From positions 576,001 to 640,000 of the forward strand of contig CAVRJM010000001.1 of NCBI GenBank assembly GCA_963722075.1: DNA of 64,000 nucleotides, in the 5' to 3' direction. Below the pieces are notes generated by a model. That model ran no database searches. It saw only the letters and a program-made list of their open reading frames with translations, and was not told the origin of the DNA. Positions 29,029 to 39,467 of the stretch are shown piece after piece; position 1 is the first letter of the stretch; every line of letters begins with the position of its first letter. The translations under genes and the position numbers were made by a program. Source of the DNA: Candidatus Babeliales bacterium (lineage in GTDB: Bacteria > Babelota > Babeliae > Babelales > JANWKD01).

Positions 29029-30473
29029 TTAATACCCAGCTGGATGCATTTTATGCCACTCGGTTGCTTGTTCATACGCATATGCCGTTTGGAGTAGCAA
29101 TTCTTCACTCAAATGTGGGCCAACTAACTGAAATCCTATCGGTAATTTATCAGAAGAAAATCCACACGGAATTGAAAGCGCTGGTATACCGGCAATATTA
29201 GCTGGACAGGTGAAATAATCTTGTAAATCAAGTTGAAGTTTATTATCGTCAAAGGCGCCAAATTTGAAGGCAGGAATTGGTGAAGTCGGCATTAATAATA
29301 AATCAACATTTTTAAACGTATCGGCAAATTCAGCACGCATTGCTTGCTGTGCTTTCAGCGCATTAAGATAAAATTCACCGGCATGTCCCACGGAAAGAAC
29401 GTAGTTTCCAATCATAATACGTTTTTTTACTTCAGTACCAAATCCTTTTTGGCGTGTTAATTCATACATTTTTAGCAGCGTGGAAGCATTTTTATCGCGC
29501 AAGCCATAGCGAACACCATCAAATCGCGCTAAATTTGAAGCAGCTTCAGCACGGCTAATAATAAAGTAGATAGCAGCACCGTAATCCATGGTAGGTAATG
29601 AAACCTGCTCAATAGTAACACCCAATTTCTCTAAAGTTTTAATGGCTTCATCAATTTTTTGAGAAACTTCCCGATCAATACCATCAGCATGTAATGCATT
29701 GGTAACAATACCAATTTTCAAGCCAGGTTTCATTTTTTGATCTAAATTTTTAGTATAGTCATATGCTTTTACTGCTAAGCTTGAAGAATCATGGGGATCA
29801 TTACCAGCAATAGTGGTTAAAATAATTGCCGTATCTTCTACGCTCCGCGTAGCAATACCAATTTGATCAAGCGATGATGCGTACGCAACTAAACCATACC
29901 GTGAAATCAACCCATACGTTGGTTTTAGCCCTACCACGCCACATAATGCAGCCGGTTGACGCACCGAACCACCCGTTTCAGAACCGAGCGCCCAAGGAAC
30001 TAATCCGGCAGCCACGGCAGCAATTGAACCACCACTAGAACCACCAGGAACGCGCTCAATATTCCATGGATTTGCTGTTTTTTTATATGCTGAAGTTTCA
30101 GTCGAACTACCCATCGCAAATTCATCCATATTTGCACGCCCAATAAGCGGTGCTCCTGCATGCTTTAATCGGGTAATTGCAGTGGCATCATAAGTAGATC
30201 TGAAATTTTCTAACATTTTAGAAGCGCAGGATACCGTACGCCCTTGTTGGCAAATATTATCTTTAATTAAACCGGGAATACCCGCTAAAGGACCTTCATT
30301 GCCCGCTAATTGCATAATTGAATCTAGATTAAAGATTTCTAAAGCGGAGCCTAATTCATTATCAAATTGTGCAAATCGCTCAATAAAATAACGAACGAGT
30401 TCTTGGGTTGAGATTTCTTTTTTTTAAGGAGGAGATGTAACTCTTTTATAGAGGAAAAAGCAATATTGTTCAT
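29029..30473 (-). CDS. gatA: Asp/Glu-tRNA amidotransferase subunit A, with a frameshift at an A8 run
   Basis: KDNI, GGSSGGS, GSETGGSVRQPA, SNLARFDG. The N-terminus MNNIAFSSIKELHLLLKK from ATG 30473 joins the main frame if T8 at 30418-30425 were T9. Confidence 0.93.
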
Positions 30474-30487
30474 AAATCTATCAATTC

Positions 30488-30781
30488 TTAAGGTGTATCT
30501 AAAATTACGGGCACAACAAAATAGTTTTGATCAGTTTCAGGAGCTTGGGCTAAAATAGGTTTTGGGTCAGTTTTTATAACCACATCTTCACGAAATACGT
30601 TATAATTTTGTAATGGGTTACTTTCTAATTGCCCACTTTTTTGCGCTAAATCTTTAACGCGTAATGCATAATGAAGTACCTCATCAATTTGCCCGAGTAA
30701 CTCATTCACCTCGTGCTCAGTAAGTTGCAATCGCGAAAGATGTGCTAATGAAATAAGTTCTTCCTTAGTAATTTTGTGCAT
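30488..30781 (-). CDS. gatC: Asp/Glu-tRNA amidotransferase subunit C
   Basis: LAHLSRL, NVFRED, AP....YFVVP; directly upstream of gatA. Confidence 0.92.
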   Translation of the reverse strand: MHKITKEELISLAHLSRLQLTEHEVNELLGQIDEVLHYALRVKDLAQKSGQLESNPLQNYNVFREDVVIKTDPKPILAQAPETDQNYFVVPVILDTP

Positions 30782-30795
30782 GCTCTTTAGTTTCC

Positions 30796-32184
30796 CTAAA
30801 TTGATTTATGTTGCCAACGCTCACCACGAAAGCGGTAAATATATAAAATACTCATTAAACCACTTCCTAAATAGAAAGTGCTATATACTAACAAAAATTT
30901 TAAAGAAGGATTTTCTATCGGTAATCGAGAAAAGAACCACGATACAGGGACAAAAAAGAAAAAGCAGATGGCAACCCGCACCCACATAACCATATTAACA
31001 TTTGCTGCACCGCGCATTGCGCCAGCCAAAATTAATTGCAGTAAATCACAAAATACCAAAATACTTAACACAGGAAATATTTTAGCGGCAAAGCTGGTAA
31101 ATTTATCTTTATGGTCAAAAAGATGTATAAAAAACTGGGGCCATAATGAGAAGATGAATAAAATAGAGAAAACGAAAAAAGAAGAAAGAAAAATAGTCTT
31201 TTTAATGGTACTTTTAATACCTTCCCAATCATGTGTTCCATAGGCATTACTTACCAAGAAGGTAATAACTTGCGCAAAGGCCTGAGCAGGTAAAATGGCA
31301 AGTCGTTCAAGATCTTTAATAACCGTATAACTTGCTATGGCATAAATGCCCATAGGGTTAATTAAATACCCTAACCATAACGGCACCGCAGCCAATGTCC
31401 CTTTATCAAGCATAATCGGACCGCTAATAGAGAAAATTTCTTTAATTCTTTTAAAATTAATTTTTTCAGCGATCAAATGAAAGCCATATTTTCGATTTTC
31501 TTTATCGATAACTAAGTACGCTAATCCCGCAATCAACATAAAGCCATATTGAATAACGGAGGCTACAGCAGACCCTTTTAATCCTAATTGAGGGAATCCA
31601 AAGGTACCAAAAATTAAACAGTAATCAAAAAAGAGAAATATGAAGGCTCCCATAGTAAAAATCTGCATGGGAACTTTAGGTTTTTTAATACCCCGTAAAA
31701 ACCCTACAATCGCAAAGAAAATGAACATAAAAAAGATACTTATAGCGCGTAGCCGTAAAAGCGGTACCCCTAATACAATCATTTTATTCGGAACCCCATA
31801 AAAATAATAAATCCAATAGGCGCCAAAAAATAATGCAGCAGCAATAAGTCCACCCGCAATAATAGTAGCCCAAAAAGCATTAACCATGGTTTTACCAACT
31901 TCTTTATGGTCGTTAATACCGTTATAATGACCACTAATAATAGTGGTACCAATTGAGAGGCCTTCTGCCACCTTAGTTATAAAATGCATCCAATCTTTAA
32001 TGGTTCCGGCCGTTGCATACATGGCAGTTGATTTAAGATGTGCCACCCACCAGGCATCTAAAACATATAAAAGAAGGACTAATGCGGTGATAAATTCAGG
32101 AACAAAATAACGAAATATGGTAGCGTAGCTTTCACCATGGGTTTGATCACGAATGCCTGAAATATAACTAGTGAGCATCTTCAT
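30796..32184 (-). CDS. MATE family efflux transporter
   Basis: ~12 TM helices; LIFGTFGFPQLGLKGSAVAS; GAMRGA. Confidence 0.88.
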   Translation of the reverse strand: MKMLTSYISGIRDQTHGESYATIFRYFVPEFITALVLLLYVLDAWWVAHLKSTAMYATAGTIKDWMHFITKVAEGLSIGTTIISGHYNGINDHKEVGKTMVNAFWATIIAGGLIAAALFFGAYWIYYFYGVPNKMIVLGVPLLRLRAISIFFMFIFFAIVGFLRGIKKPKVPMQIFTMGAFIFLFFDYCLIFGTFGFPQLGLKGSAVASVIQYGFMLIAGLAYLVIDKENRKYGFHLIAEKINFKRIKEIFSISGPIMLDKGTLAAVPLWLGYLINPMGIYAIASYTVIKDLERLAILPAQAFAQVITFLVSNAYGTHDWEGIKSTIKKTIFLSSFFVFSILFIFSLWPQFFIHLFDHKDKFTSFAAKIFPVLSILVFCDLLQLILAGAMRGAANVNMVMWVRVAICFFFFVPVSWFFSRLPIENPSLKFLLVYSTFYLGSGLMSILYIYRFRGERWQHKSI

Positions 32185-32347
32185 TATTTCGCCTTTCTTA
32201 TAAACTTTAAAACTACCATGATTTTTATTATTGATATCCATTTTAAAACTCTTTCTACATGGCAATTATGTTTTTTATTATAGCTAGAAATAAGTATTTT
32301 GAGTGTAGTTAAAATATAGAAAGTTTGCAAATGGACCCTCTGGGGAT

Positions 32348-32986
32348 CTAAACTCTTTTAAAAAAGAGCAGCCGTCTCTTTTTATGGTGGACGGTATACT
32401 CACATTCATTAAATATAAGCTTTTGCGCCGCAGCCTCGGGAATAAAATGGCGCGAGGCCCAATACACTAACACCGCTTTATTATAAATAGAAGACGGTTG
32501 AAACATTCTTAATAGCTCATCCATCTGGAGTGAAGCCCGGGCCATAAACAAGTCAATGGGAAAGCTCGTTTTTCGTAAAAAAGTACGCCAATCCATGCCA
32601 ACCACTTCTATACCTTCTAATTGCAGCTTATTGATTAATGCCTGCAGATATTCAATTTTTTTTGTATTTACTTCGATCAAAACTACTTTCAACTGGGGAT
32701 AATAGATTTTTAATGGTATGCCGGGGAAACCGCCGCCTGACCCTATGTCGGCGATCATAGTTATTGTTTCCATGTTAAAACAGTTCCTTAGAGCCAAGGA
32801 GTCCTTAAAGTGGAGATCAATAATATCGGCCGTATTTTCAATTGCCGTAATATTAAGCGGAGCTTCTTTCATAGTAGCCAAGAGCATTTTAAACTGTTCT
32901 ATTTGTAGGGGCGAAAGAGCATATTCTTGACTAAATTGGTCAAAAACTTCCTGATCATGCTTAGATTTTTCGTGCAAAGCAACCAT
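32348..32986 (-). CDS. rsmG: 16S rRNA m7G527 methyltransferase
   Basis: NITAI, HFKDSL, DIGSGGGFPGIPL, ARA. Confidence 0.9.
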   Translation of the reverse strand: MVALHEKSKHDQEVFDQFSQEYALSPLQIEQFKMLLATMKEAPLNITAIENTADIIDLHFKDSLALRNCFNMETITMIADIGSGGGFPGIPLKIYYPQLKVVLIEVNTKKIEYLQALINKLQLEGIEVVGMDWRTFLRKTSFPIDLFMARASLQMDELLRMFQPSSIYNKAVLVYWASRHFIPEAAAQKLIFNECEYTVHHKKRRLLFFKRV

Positions 32987-33113
32987 CTATTTTGTTCCTT
33001 AAAAAAAATAATAAAAAAGCAACAACATCAAATTGATAGCTTTTTATTATTACTATTTGATATAGTTACAATAAGAAAGAATAGCGGGCTCTCAAAAAAA
33101 CTAAAGTAAAAAA

Positions 33114-33827
33114 ATGCAAAAACTTTTTGTGTTAATACTCGTATCCAATCTATTGTGTAGTATAACCTACGGGCGACTACCCTTTAGTCATATTATTACA
33201 TTTTTTATTCAAGAAGTATCATTCGATACTAATAAGGATACTATTAATAAATTTGAAACAACCGTCACCACCCCAGGAAAAGTTGCCACTAAAATTACCC
33301 AATCGTTTTTAAGTAATGGTCATCACAGTATTTTTGCTACGTACGGTGGGTATCTAACTATTTCTGATTATAATGGCCAAATTATCTTTCCCCGCATGCA
33401 ACAAAAAGAAGAATTGACCCTTATTATCACTGAAAATATTAAACCGGTATTTATGATTGGCAATACAATTCATCATTGGGAATTAGTATCTCCTGCCCAG
33501 ATATATTCAGTCATACGCAAGCAAGATCACAAGACTAAGTTATTTTATTGGGATGTACAACCAGAAAAAGAACTTGCCAATAATATTATTCCTCTCACCA
33601 GTATTGTACTCTTTATAAAGCCTAGAAACATTATAGTCCCTACTGGAATTACCATAACTAATGATAACCCTCAGCTCGTTTTACCGACTCTCTATGCAAA
33701 GAAAAGTATAAATCCGTTGACACCAACATTAAATGTATTAAATATACGGCAATTCTTTGGTGCCTTACCCTCTTCTATTAAAAAAATAAATAATACTTAT
33801 TATGCAGAACAAATAGGAACACAATAA
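33114..33827 (+). CDS. Hypothetical exported protein
   Basis: 237-aa ORF with signal peptide. Confidence 0.65.
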   Translation: MQKLFVLILVSNLLCSITYGRLPFSHIITFFIQEVSFDTNKDTINKFETTVTTPGKVATKITQSFLSNGHHSIFATYGGYLTISDYNGQIIFPRMQQKEELTLIITENIKPVFMIGNTIHHWELVSPAQIYSVIRKQDHKTKLFYWDVQPEKELANNIIPLTSIVLFIKPRNIIVPTGITITNDNPQLVLPTLYAKKSINPLTPTLNVLNIRQFFGALPSSIKKINNTYYAEQIGTQ

Positions 33828-33897
33828 GCCTTTTGTACCATTCCTATATATTGTTATACTTATTACATTGGTTAACCATATTCATTAAGGAAATGTC

Positions 33898-34524
33898 ATG
33901 AAACTGCAAATTTCTTTTGATTTGACTGATTTAGAAAAAGCACTGGATATTGCCAGTCAGGTTGCACCATATGCCGATATTATTGAAATTGGGTCATTAC
34001 TTCTTTATAAATATGGAACTCACGCTATTGAAGAATTTCGTAAAAACTTTCCAAATGCAACAATCCTTGTTGATGCAAAAATAAGTGATCGCGCTAAAGA
34101 GGCAGTAAAAACACTTTCATCAGCAGGAGCAAATTGGATTACGGTAATGGCAGGAACTACCCCCAATGTTATTCATTCAGCATGTACTACCGCTCATGAA
34201 TTAAATAAAAAAATAATGCTTGATTTATTAGACGCCTCATCCGTTGGTCAATCTGCTCTTGAAGCAAAGGGGCTTGGTGTTGATGCCCTTCTATTTCATA
34301 CTCCCCATGATGAAGAAACATCACTGACCTTTTTAGATAAATGGGATATTATTCGTGGCAATACCCCTTTACCTATTTTTATTTCGGGTAAAATTTCTCG
34401 TGATATTATTGATAAATTTATTGCTATTAAACCGGATGGTATTATTGTCGGCAAATCAATTATAGATGCATCCAATCCAGCAGAAGAAGCCGCATTTTAC
34501 CATCGTATTTGTACCGAAAATTAA
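33898..34524 (+). CDS. 3-hexulose-6-phosphate synthase / KGPDC (OMPDC-fold) family protein
   Basis: MKLQISFD, IIEIG, DAKISD, IVGKSI. Confidence 0.82.
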   Translation: MKLQISFDLTDLEKALDIASQVAPYADIIEIGSLLLYKYGTHAIEEFRKNFPNATILVDAKISDRAKEAVKTLSSAGANWITVMAGTTPNVIHSACTTAHELNKKIMLDLLDASSVGQSALEAKGLGVDALLFHTPHDEETSLTFLDKWDIIRGNTPLPIFISGKISRDIIDKFIAIKPDGIIVGKSIIDASNPAEEAAFYHRICTEN

Positions 34525-34530
34525 TCACCC

Positions 34531-37500
34531 TTACCCGATATACTGATTCGAAGGCGCCAGAATGTTATTAACTTCAATCTGAATATCCGATGCTAAATTG
34601 GTCTCTGCATTAACTGAAGGCCCTCCTAAAAAAATATCCATATAAAGAAATTCCAAGAATGTATATAACTTCAACGATAATTGTGCAATAGCACTATATC
34701 CAATAGCTTGTGTAGTAACATCAGAGGCGTTCTCAATTTTCTCTTTAAACAGCTCAAATCCATTAAACATCAATGTCACAAAATCCTTACCATCAGGAAA
34801 ATCTGTTCTATTAAGCGTAATTGTTACTGAAGTAAGATCATCTAATGCTACTTGGTTTTTTTCAGTAAAGGTATGTAAGAGTGCTAATGCTTGTTGCGTA
34901 ATATCAGTACGAGTACCTTCATCAGGAATAAGCGTCATCAATAATGAAGGATCTGTTTTTTGCGCCCCATGATTTACGATTAAGGTATTACACCCACTAT
35001 AATAAATCATCGCATCAAGTAAGAAATTCTGAATTTTTTTAGCCATATCTTGTTCTGCTGGATCCAAACTGACCGTTGAAACGCCGCCCTGTTGACTCAA
35101 AAATTGTAAGTATTTGGTCATCAAATCAGTAAATGATATTTTTTCTGTTGCACCAGTACTTAATACGATATCAATCAATCCTTTTTGTGTTTCTTGAAAA
35201 GAGCCAAGATTATTCGTAGAGCCTTTAAACATTGCCCCATAATAACGCACGTTAGCCTGAGTAGTACTTTTTTTAATACTATCAGTAGGTGCCGTAATTC
35301 GCTGATATAAATTAACTGCAGTAAAGAAATAAGATAATGAGTCAAAAAATTTTTTCTGGTTAGTTAAAATCATTCCAGCATTCATATGATATTGTGCCAT
35401 GGTTCCATACAGATCATCTGAATTCTTATAGGTAACAATGGCCATTACATAGTTGCCCAACATATCTTTAAGTACTTGCGTATAATTGTATGATAATGGA
35501 TCCCCAATTAAAAAGGTGGCTAAGGTATCGGCGCAATTTTTATAACTATCAAGTAATAATGATATTATTGATGCATATTCTTTTGATTGTGCGGTGGTCA
35601 AATTACTGCTAATTGGGCCATTATAATACGCAATCATTTGGTTATATAGATTCTTTATAGAATTATATAAGGCCATATACGGATCTAACGTTATATTCAT
35701 ATCAGTCTGAGGCACTTGCTTAAGCGCTTTCCAGGTAGTACTAGTCGTAATTGAATCAAGCTGTTTTTGAAAATCGTACCCTTGGCTCAAGAAGGTGTGT
35801 ACCTGTGCCTCAATCATAGCAGCGTATTGTTCTGAATCATTACCAGCTGGTAAGGAAGGTTGGCAAATCTGCATATTTGCAGTAGATAAATCAGCAGGTC
35901 GATATAAGGATGCCGCACAAATATAATATTCAATAACCGCCGGATAATTTTGATAAAAGGTGATTTCATCAACAAACGGCGGTATTGGTACATAATATTC
36001 ATAGAGGCCATATTGTGGCATACCATTTTGGATGCCAATAGGCTGTAAAGAAAGTGAAGAGATTTTTGCCTGTACCCGTTTTGTTAATTCATTATTAAAA
36101 AGAAGTGCATTTGTTAAAACTGAAATAAATGCCGATTGCTGATCAGGAATAAATGATTGAAAAACGCTATTGTTTATCAATTGATTATATGATAATGAAA
36201 ATAAGGGAAAGAGTGTATCAAAATCGAAACCAGGAAACATTTCAGTTATTTTATTATAAATGTACATTTTTGAAGCAAGAGAAATGAGAAAATCACTTAC
36301 CATTTGTGGCGTTTTTAAATTTCTAAAATCTACCCCACTGGTGAATTCAACCGGAACCGCTTGCCCATATACTTTTATTTCGTAATGATCTGGTATCTGT
36401 ATGCCATTAATGGTAACAGCTCCTTGAGGGATTATTAAATCTCGATATTCAGTTGCTAAATAAAGCGCATTAGCTACTGCCAATTGATCATTAAACGATG
36501 CTATAAGATTTGGCTGGTTTTCTTTCAAATAGATCTGTTTAGCCTGGTAGTAACATGGATATGCTAGGGTATAATTTTTTTGCTTTAAATATAAATCTCC
36601 TAATTGTTTATACAATGATGCTAGTTGCAACGAAGGGTTAGGCATCGTTATAGTTTGTTTTATTGTTAATGCATTATAAGTAATAACCCCATGGCTATCA
36701 ACACTTTTTTCCAGTAAAGTACCCAATGGTGTTGATGATAAGCCCATAGATTCTCGCACGTTTTCTTCGGTCTGAATTGCTTGATCTGCAATAATACTCC
36801 AATGCATAAGCGTTTCTTGATCTGTCGTTGCCGTAGTAGTTAATGAAGTTGGGTCATTAATAGTTTTGAGAAGAGCGGTTGCTTTATTAAAAAAGAGTGT
36901 AATATTTTGATTAATTTCTTTTATTACCGGTTCTGTATCTTCTTTTTGAGTAAGCAATAATAAATAGTTCATATATTGTATTAACGCAATACCAATCTCA
37001 GGAAAAAATGAGCTTGGTACCTTTTGTTGATACAAAGCAGCATAACTAGTAATAGCGTTAGTAAAAGCATCTTTGGCTTGCATATATCCTAGATGATAAA
37101 TTAATAGGTATTGTTGCAAAAGATTATTCCATTGCACCGTTGCATCACTACTATAATACGCGGTTGTTGAATTAGAAACCCATGAACTAGCCGGTAATGT
37201 TTGTAATCTTTTTTCTGTTGCTTGAGCGTTTGCATATAATTGTGCAATAGAAGGTGTACTTTTAGATAATATTCCCAATGTCGTTGTAATAAAAGAATCA
37301 ACTGCAGGCGTTAAATAATTAAAACGAGTATTAGCATCATTGTAATACATAAGTGCTAAAACAGGATTACTTCCAAGTGTATTTGCGTATTGTATGCCTA
37401 ATTTTGCGATATGCCGCTGTGCAATAGTAGTAAAATCTATATTTTCTCCCTTTTGAGTAAATAAATAAGGAAGATAACTAGCAAGTTGCTTATTTTTTTC

Positions 37501-39390
37501 ATACAAACTATCTGCTTGACCAAATAGTTGAAGCGCTGCTTCATAATATTGATCTGCTTGTAACAATGCTTGTGAAGATAACCCCGCTAATTGTTCATCT
37601 CCTTGCATAAGATTAAATTGCGCCTGACTTAATGATGTTACTAATGAAACCCCTTCAGTTAAATTTTGCAACAAGGTAATGGTCTGGGCGGATTGTTGTA
37701 AGGAAGGATTATTTTTTATTACTGATTGATATGATTGAACTGCAGGTGCAAGGGTAACGTAGGTATTTTGATAGAGCGAAATGAGATCATTAAACAATGG
37801 TTCAAAAGTAGCCATGGTAACTGACGTATCGAGCGAATTGATAAAAGTAATATATTCACTAATCAGTGCACTATTTTTTGAACTAAATTGATTATAAAGG
37901 GCCGTGCCATTTTTTATGGCATAGTTTCCTAAAATAGCACTTAACGTAATGCTTACTTTATTAGCATCCACTTTATCACCCGCTTGAAGAAAATACTGTT
38001 GCGCGGTGGTATATTGTGAGATTGCTTTTGACTCATCACCATTAGTGTACGCATTTTGAGCGTCAATTATCAGTTGACCCGCCTGCGTTAATTTCGTGTA
38101 TAACCCAATATAATTTTGTGCACTCGCAGTACTACTGGCTTGAGAAAAATAGACGCTTGCTTGTTTAAAGTAGGTAATAATTTGTTGCCGCATCGGTTCA
38201 GTATTTTGGTTTGGCTGTAATGATTTCATTAGTGACAAACCAATGTTAGCATTCAAAAGCGCTAAGCTAATATTAGCATTACGTGCGGCATCATTTGTAT
38301 TACTTGGTTCATTAATTTGCTTAATTTCATCCATTATTAATGTATATATTTGTAATGCATATGAAAGTTGTTCTTGAGTGGGCGAACTTCCTGCTTGTAT
38401 CACTAAATGAGATAATGCATTATTATACGCTACATAGGTGGCATTTATTTTATTTTGCAGATAATTGAAAAACATTTTTTGTTGATCAGTACTCGTATCA
38501 AAATATTTTGCTATTATTATTTGTAAGGATTTATCAAACCCATCACGTACTAACCAGGTATCTTTTTTATTGTTCGTTCCCCTTATTTTTATGCTTAAAG
38601 CTACTAACGCTTTAAAATAATCATTACTAATGGGCTCTTTTTGAATCTGCTGTATATTTTGAAAAATAATTTCATTATATAAATTACCAATCCTTTTAAT
38701 AATATTATTTAATAATTGTGCCCGATCATCTGCATGTATAGGCATTACTTGCTTATATAGATCATATGCCTTCTGAGCCAATGCATCCAATTGCGCAGAC
38801 AATTGTTCTACCGTCGCTTCTTTATACGCTTGTCCCAGAGCAAGTTGATTAAGAAACTTCTGAATGTTATCTCCTAATTGATTATAGGTTGGTAAGAGCT
38901 GCATGAGCTTACTAAATAGTACCTCCATCTTTTGCTCATACGCTTCTTGCGCTTTAATAAGCGCTTCTTCCTTTTTATAATTAATGGTACCGCCATGTTT
39001 TTTTTGCTGTTGCTGCTGATACAATGTAATTGCCTGAGCAATTTTTAAATTAATGGGATACAAAAGATCATTGATCGATTGTTGCGCTTGTGTTACGGCA
39101 TTATTTAATAACAATAATGCGTCCATGTTATTCGGTTCTTTCTGCCAAGGAGCAATTTGCTTCATTGTTGTTTTATAGGTGGTATCTATTTGTTTTGCCG
39201 TAGCTACCAGCTGATTTCTTAGATTCTGTTGCGTTGATGCTGGTAATTCTACCAGCTGTTTTTCTAACACACTAATTTCTGTTTTTATGCCATTATATGT
39301 ATTGGTTAAATCTTGAGCCGTTTTAATAGCATACAGTACACCCCACCCAGACAACATGAAAACAAGAATACCATTCTTAATGAACTTCAT
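34531..39390 (-). CDS. Very large secreted alpha-helical protein with TPR/SNAP-like segments
   Basis: ~1620 aa; signal peptide; segments such as LYKQLGDLYLKQKNYTLAYPCYYQA and AISQYTTAQQYFLQAGD. Confidence 0.7.
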   Translation of the reverse strand: MKFIKNGILVFMLSGWGVLYAIKTAQDLTNTYNGIKTEISVLEKQLVELPASTQQNLRNQLVATAKQIDTTYKTTMKQIAPWQKEPNNMDALLLLNNAVTQAQQSINDLLYPINLKIAQAITLYQQQQQKKHGGTINYKKEEALIKAQEAYEQKMEVLFSKLMQLLPTYNQLGDNIQKFLNQLALGQAYKEATVEQLSAQLDALAQKAYDLYKQVMPIHADDRAQLLNNIIKRIGNLYNEIIFQNIQQIQKEPISNDYFKALVALSIKIRGTNNKKDTWLVRDGFDKSLQIIIAKYFDTSTDQQKMFFNYLQNKINATYVAYNNALSHLVIQAGSSPTQEQLSYALQIYTLIMDEIKQINEPSNTNDAARNANISLALLNANIGLSLMKSLQPNQNTEPMRQQIITYFKQASVYFSQASSTASAQNYIGLYTKLTQAGQLIIDAQNAYTNGDESKAISQYTTAQQYFLQAGDKVDANKVSITLSAILGNYAIKNGTALYNQFSSKNSALISEYITFINSLDTSVTMATFEPLFNDLISLYQNTYVTLAPAVQSYQSVIKNNPSLQQSAQTITLLQNLTEGVSLVTSLSQAQFNLMQGDEQLAGLSSQALLQADQYYEAALQLFGQADSLYEKNKQLASYLPYLFTQKGENIDFTTIAQRHIAKLGIQYANTLGSNPVLALMYYNDANTRFNYLTPAVDSFITTTLGILSKSTPSIAQLYANAQATEKRLQTLPASSWVSNSTTAYYSSDATVQWNNLLQQYLLIYHLGYMQAKDAFTNAITSYAALYQQKVPSSFFPEIGIALIQYMNYLLLLTQKEDTEPVIKEINQNITLFFNKATALLKTINDPTSLTTTATTDQETLMHWSIIADQAIQTEENVRESMGLSSTPLGTLLEKSVDSHGVITYNALTIKQTITMPNPSLQLASLYKQLGDLYLKQKNYTLAYPCYYQAKQIYLKENQPNLIASFNDQLAVANALYLATEYRDLIIPQGAVTINGIQIPDHYEIKVYGQAVPVEFTSGVDFRNLKTPQMVSDFLISLASKMYIYNKITEMFPGFDFDTLFPLFSLSYNQLINNSVFQSFIPDQQSAFISVLTNALLFNNELTKRVQAKISSLSLQPIGIQNGMPQYGLYEYYVPIPPFVDEITFYQNYPAVIEYYICAASLYRPADLSTANMQICQPSLPAGNDSEQYAAMIEAQVHTFLSQGYDFQKQLDSITTSTTWKALKQVPQTDMNITLDPYMALYNSIKNLYNQMIAYYNGPISSNLTTAQSKEYASIISLLLDSYKNCADTLATFLIGDPLSYNYTQVLKDMLGNYVMAIVTYKNSDDLYGTMAQYHMNAGMILTNQKKFFDSLSYFFTAVNLYQRITAPTDSIKKSTTQANVRYYGAMFKGSTNNLGSFQETQKGLIDIVLSTGATEKISFTDLMTKYLQFLSQQGGVSTVSLDPAEQDMAKKIQNFLLDAMIYYSGCNTLIVNHGAQKTDPSLLMTLIPDEGTRTDITQQALALLHTFTEKNQVALDDLTSVTITLNRTDFPDGKDFVTLMFNGFELFKEKIENASDVTTQAIGYSAIAQLSLKLYTFLEFLYMDIFLGGPSVNAETNLASDIQIEVNNILAPSNQYIG

Positions 39391-39467
39391 TACTATCACT
39401 CCGCTTTTTTATTTTTCACTGTGATTGTAGCTAAAGATATTGTAAGTAGCGGAGTAAAAACAATATT

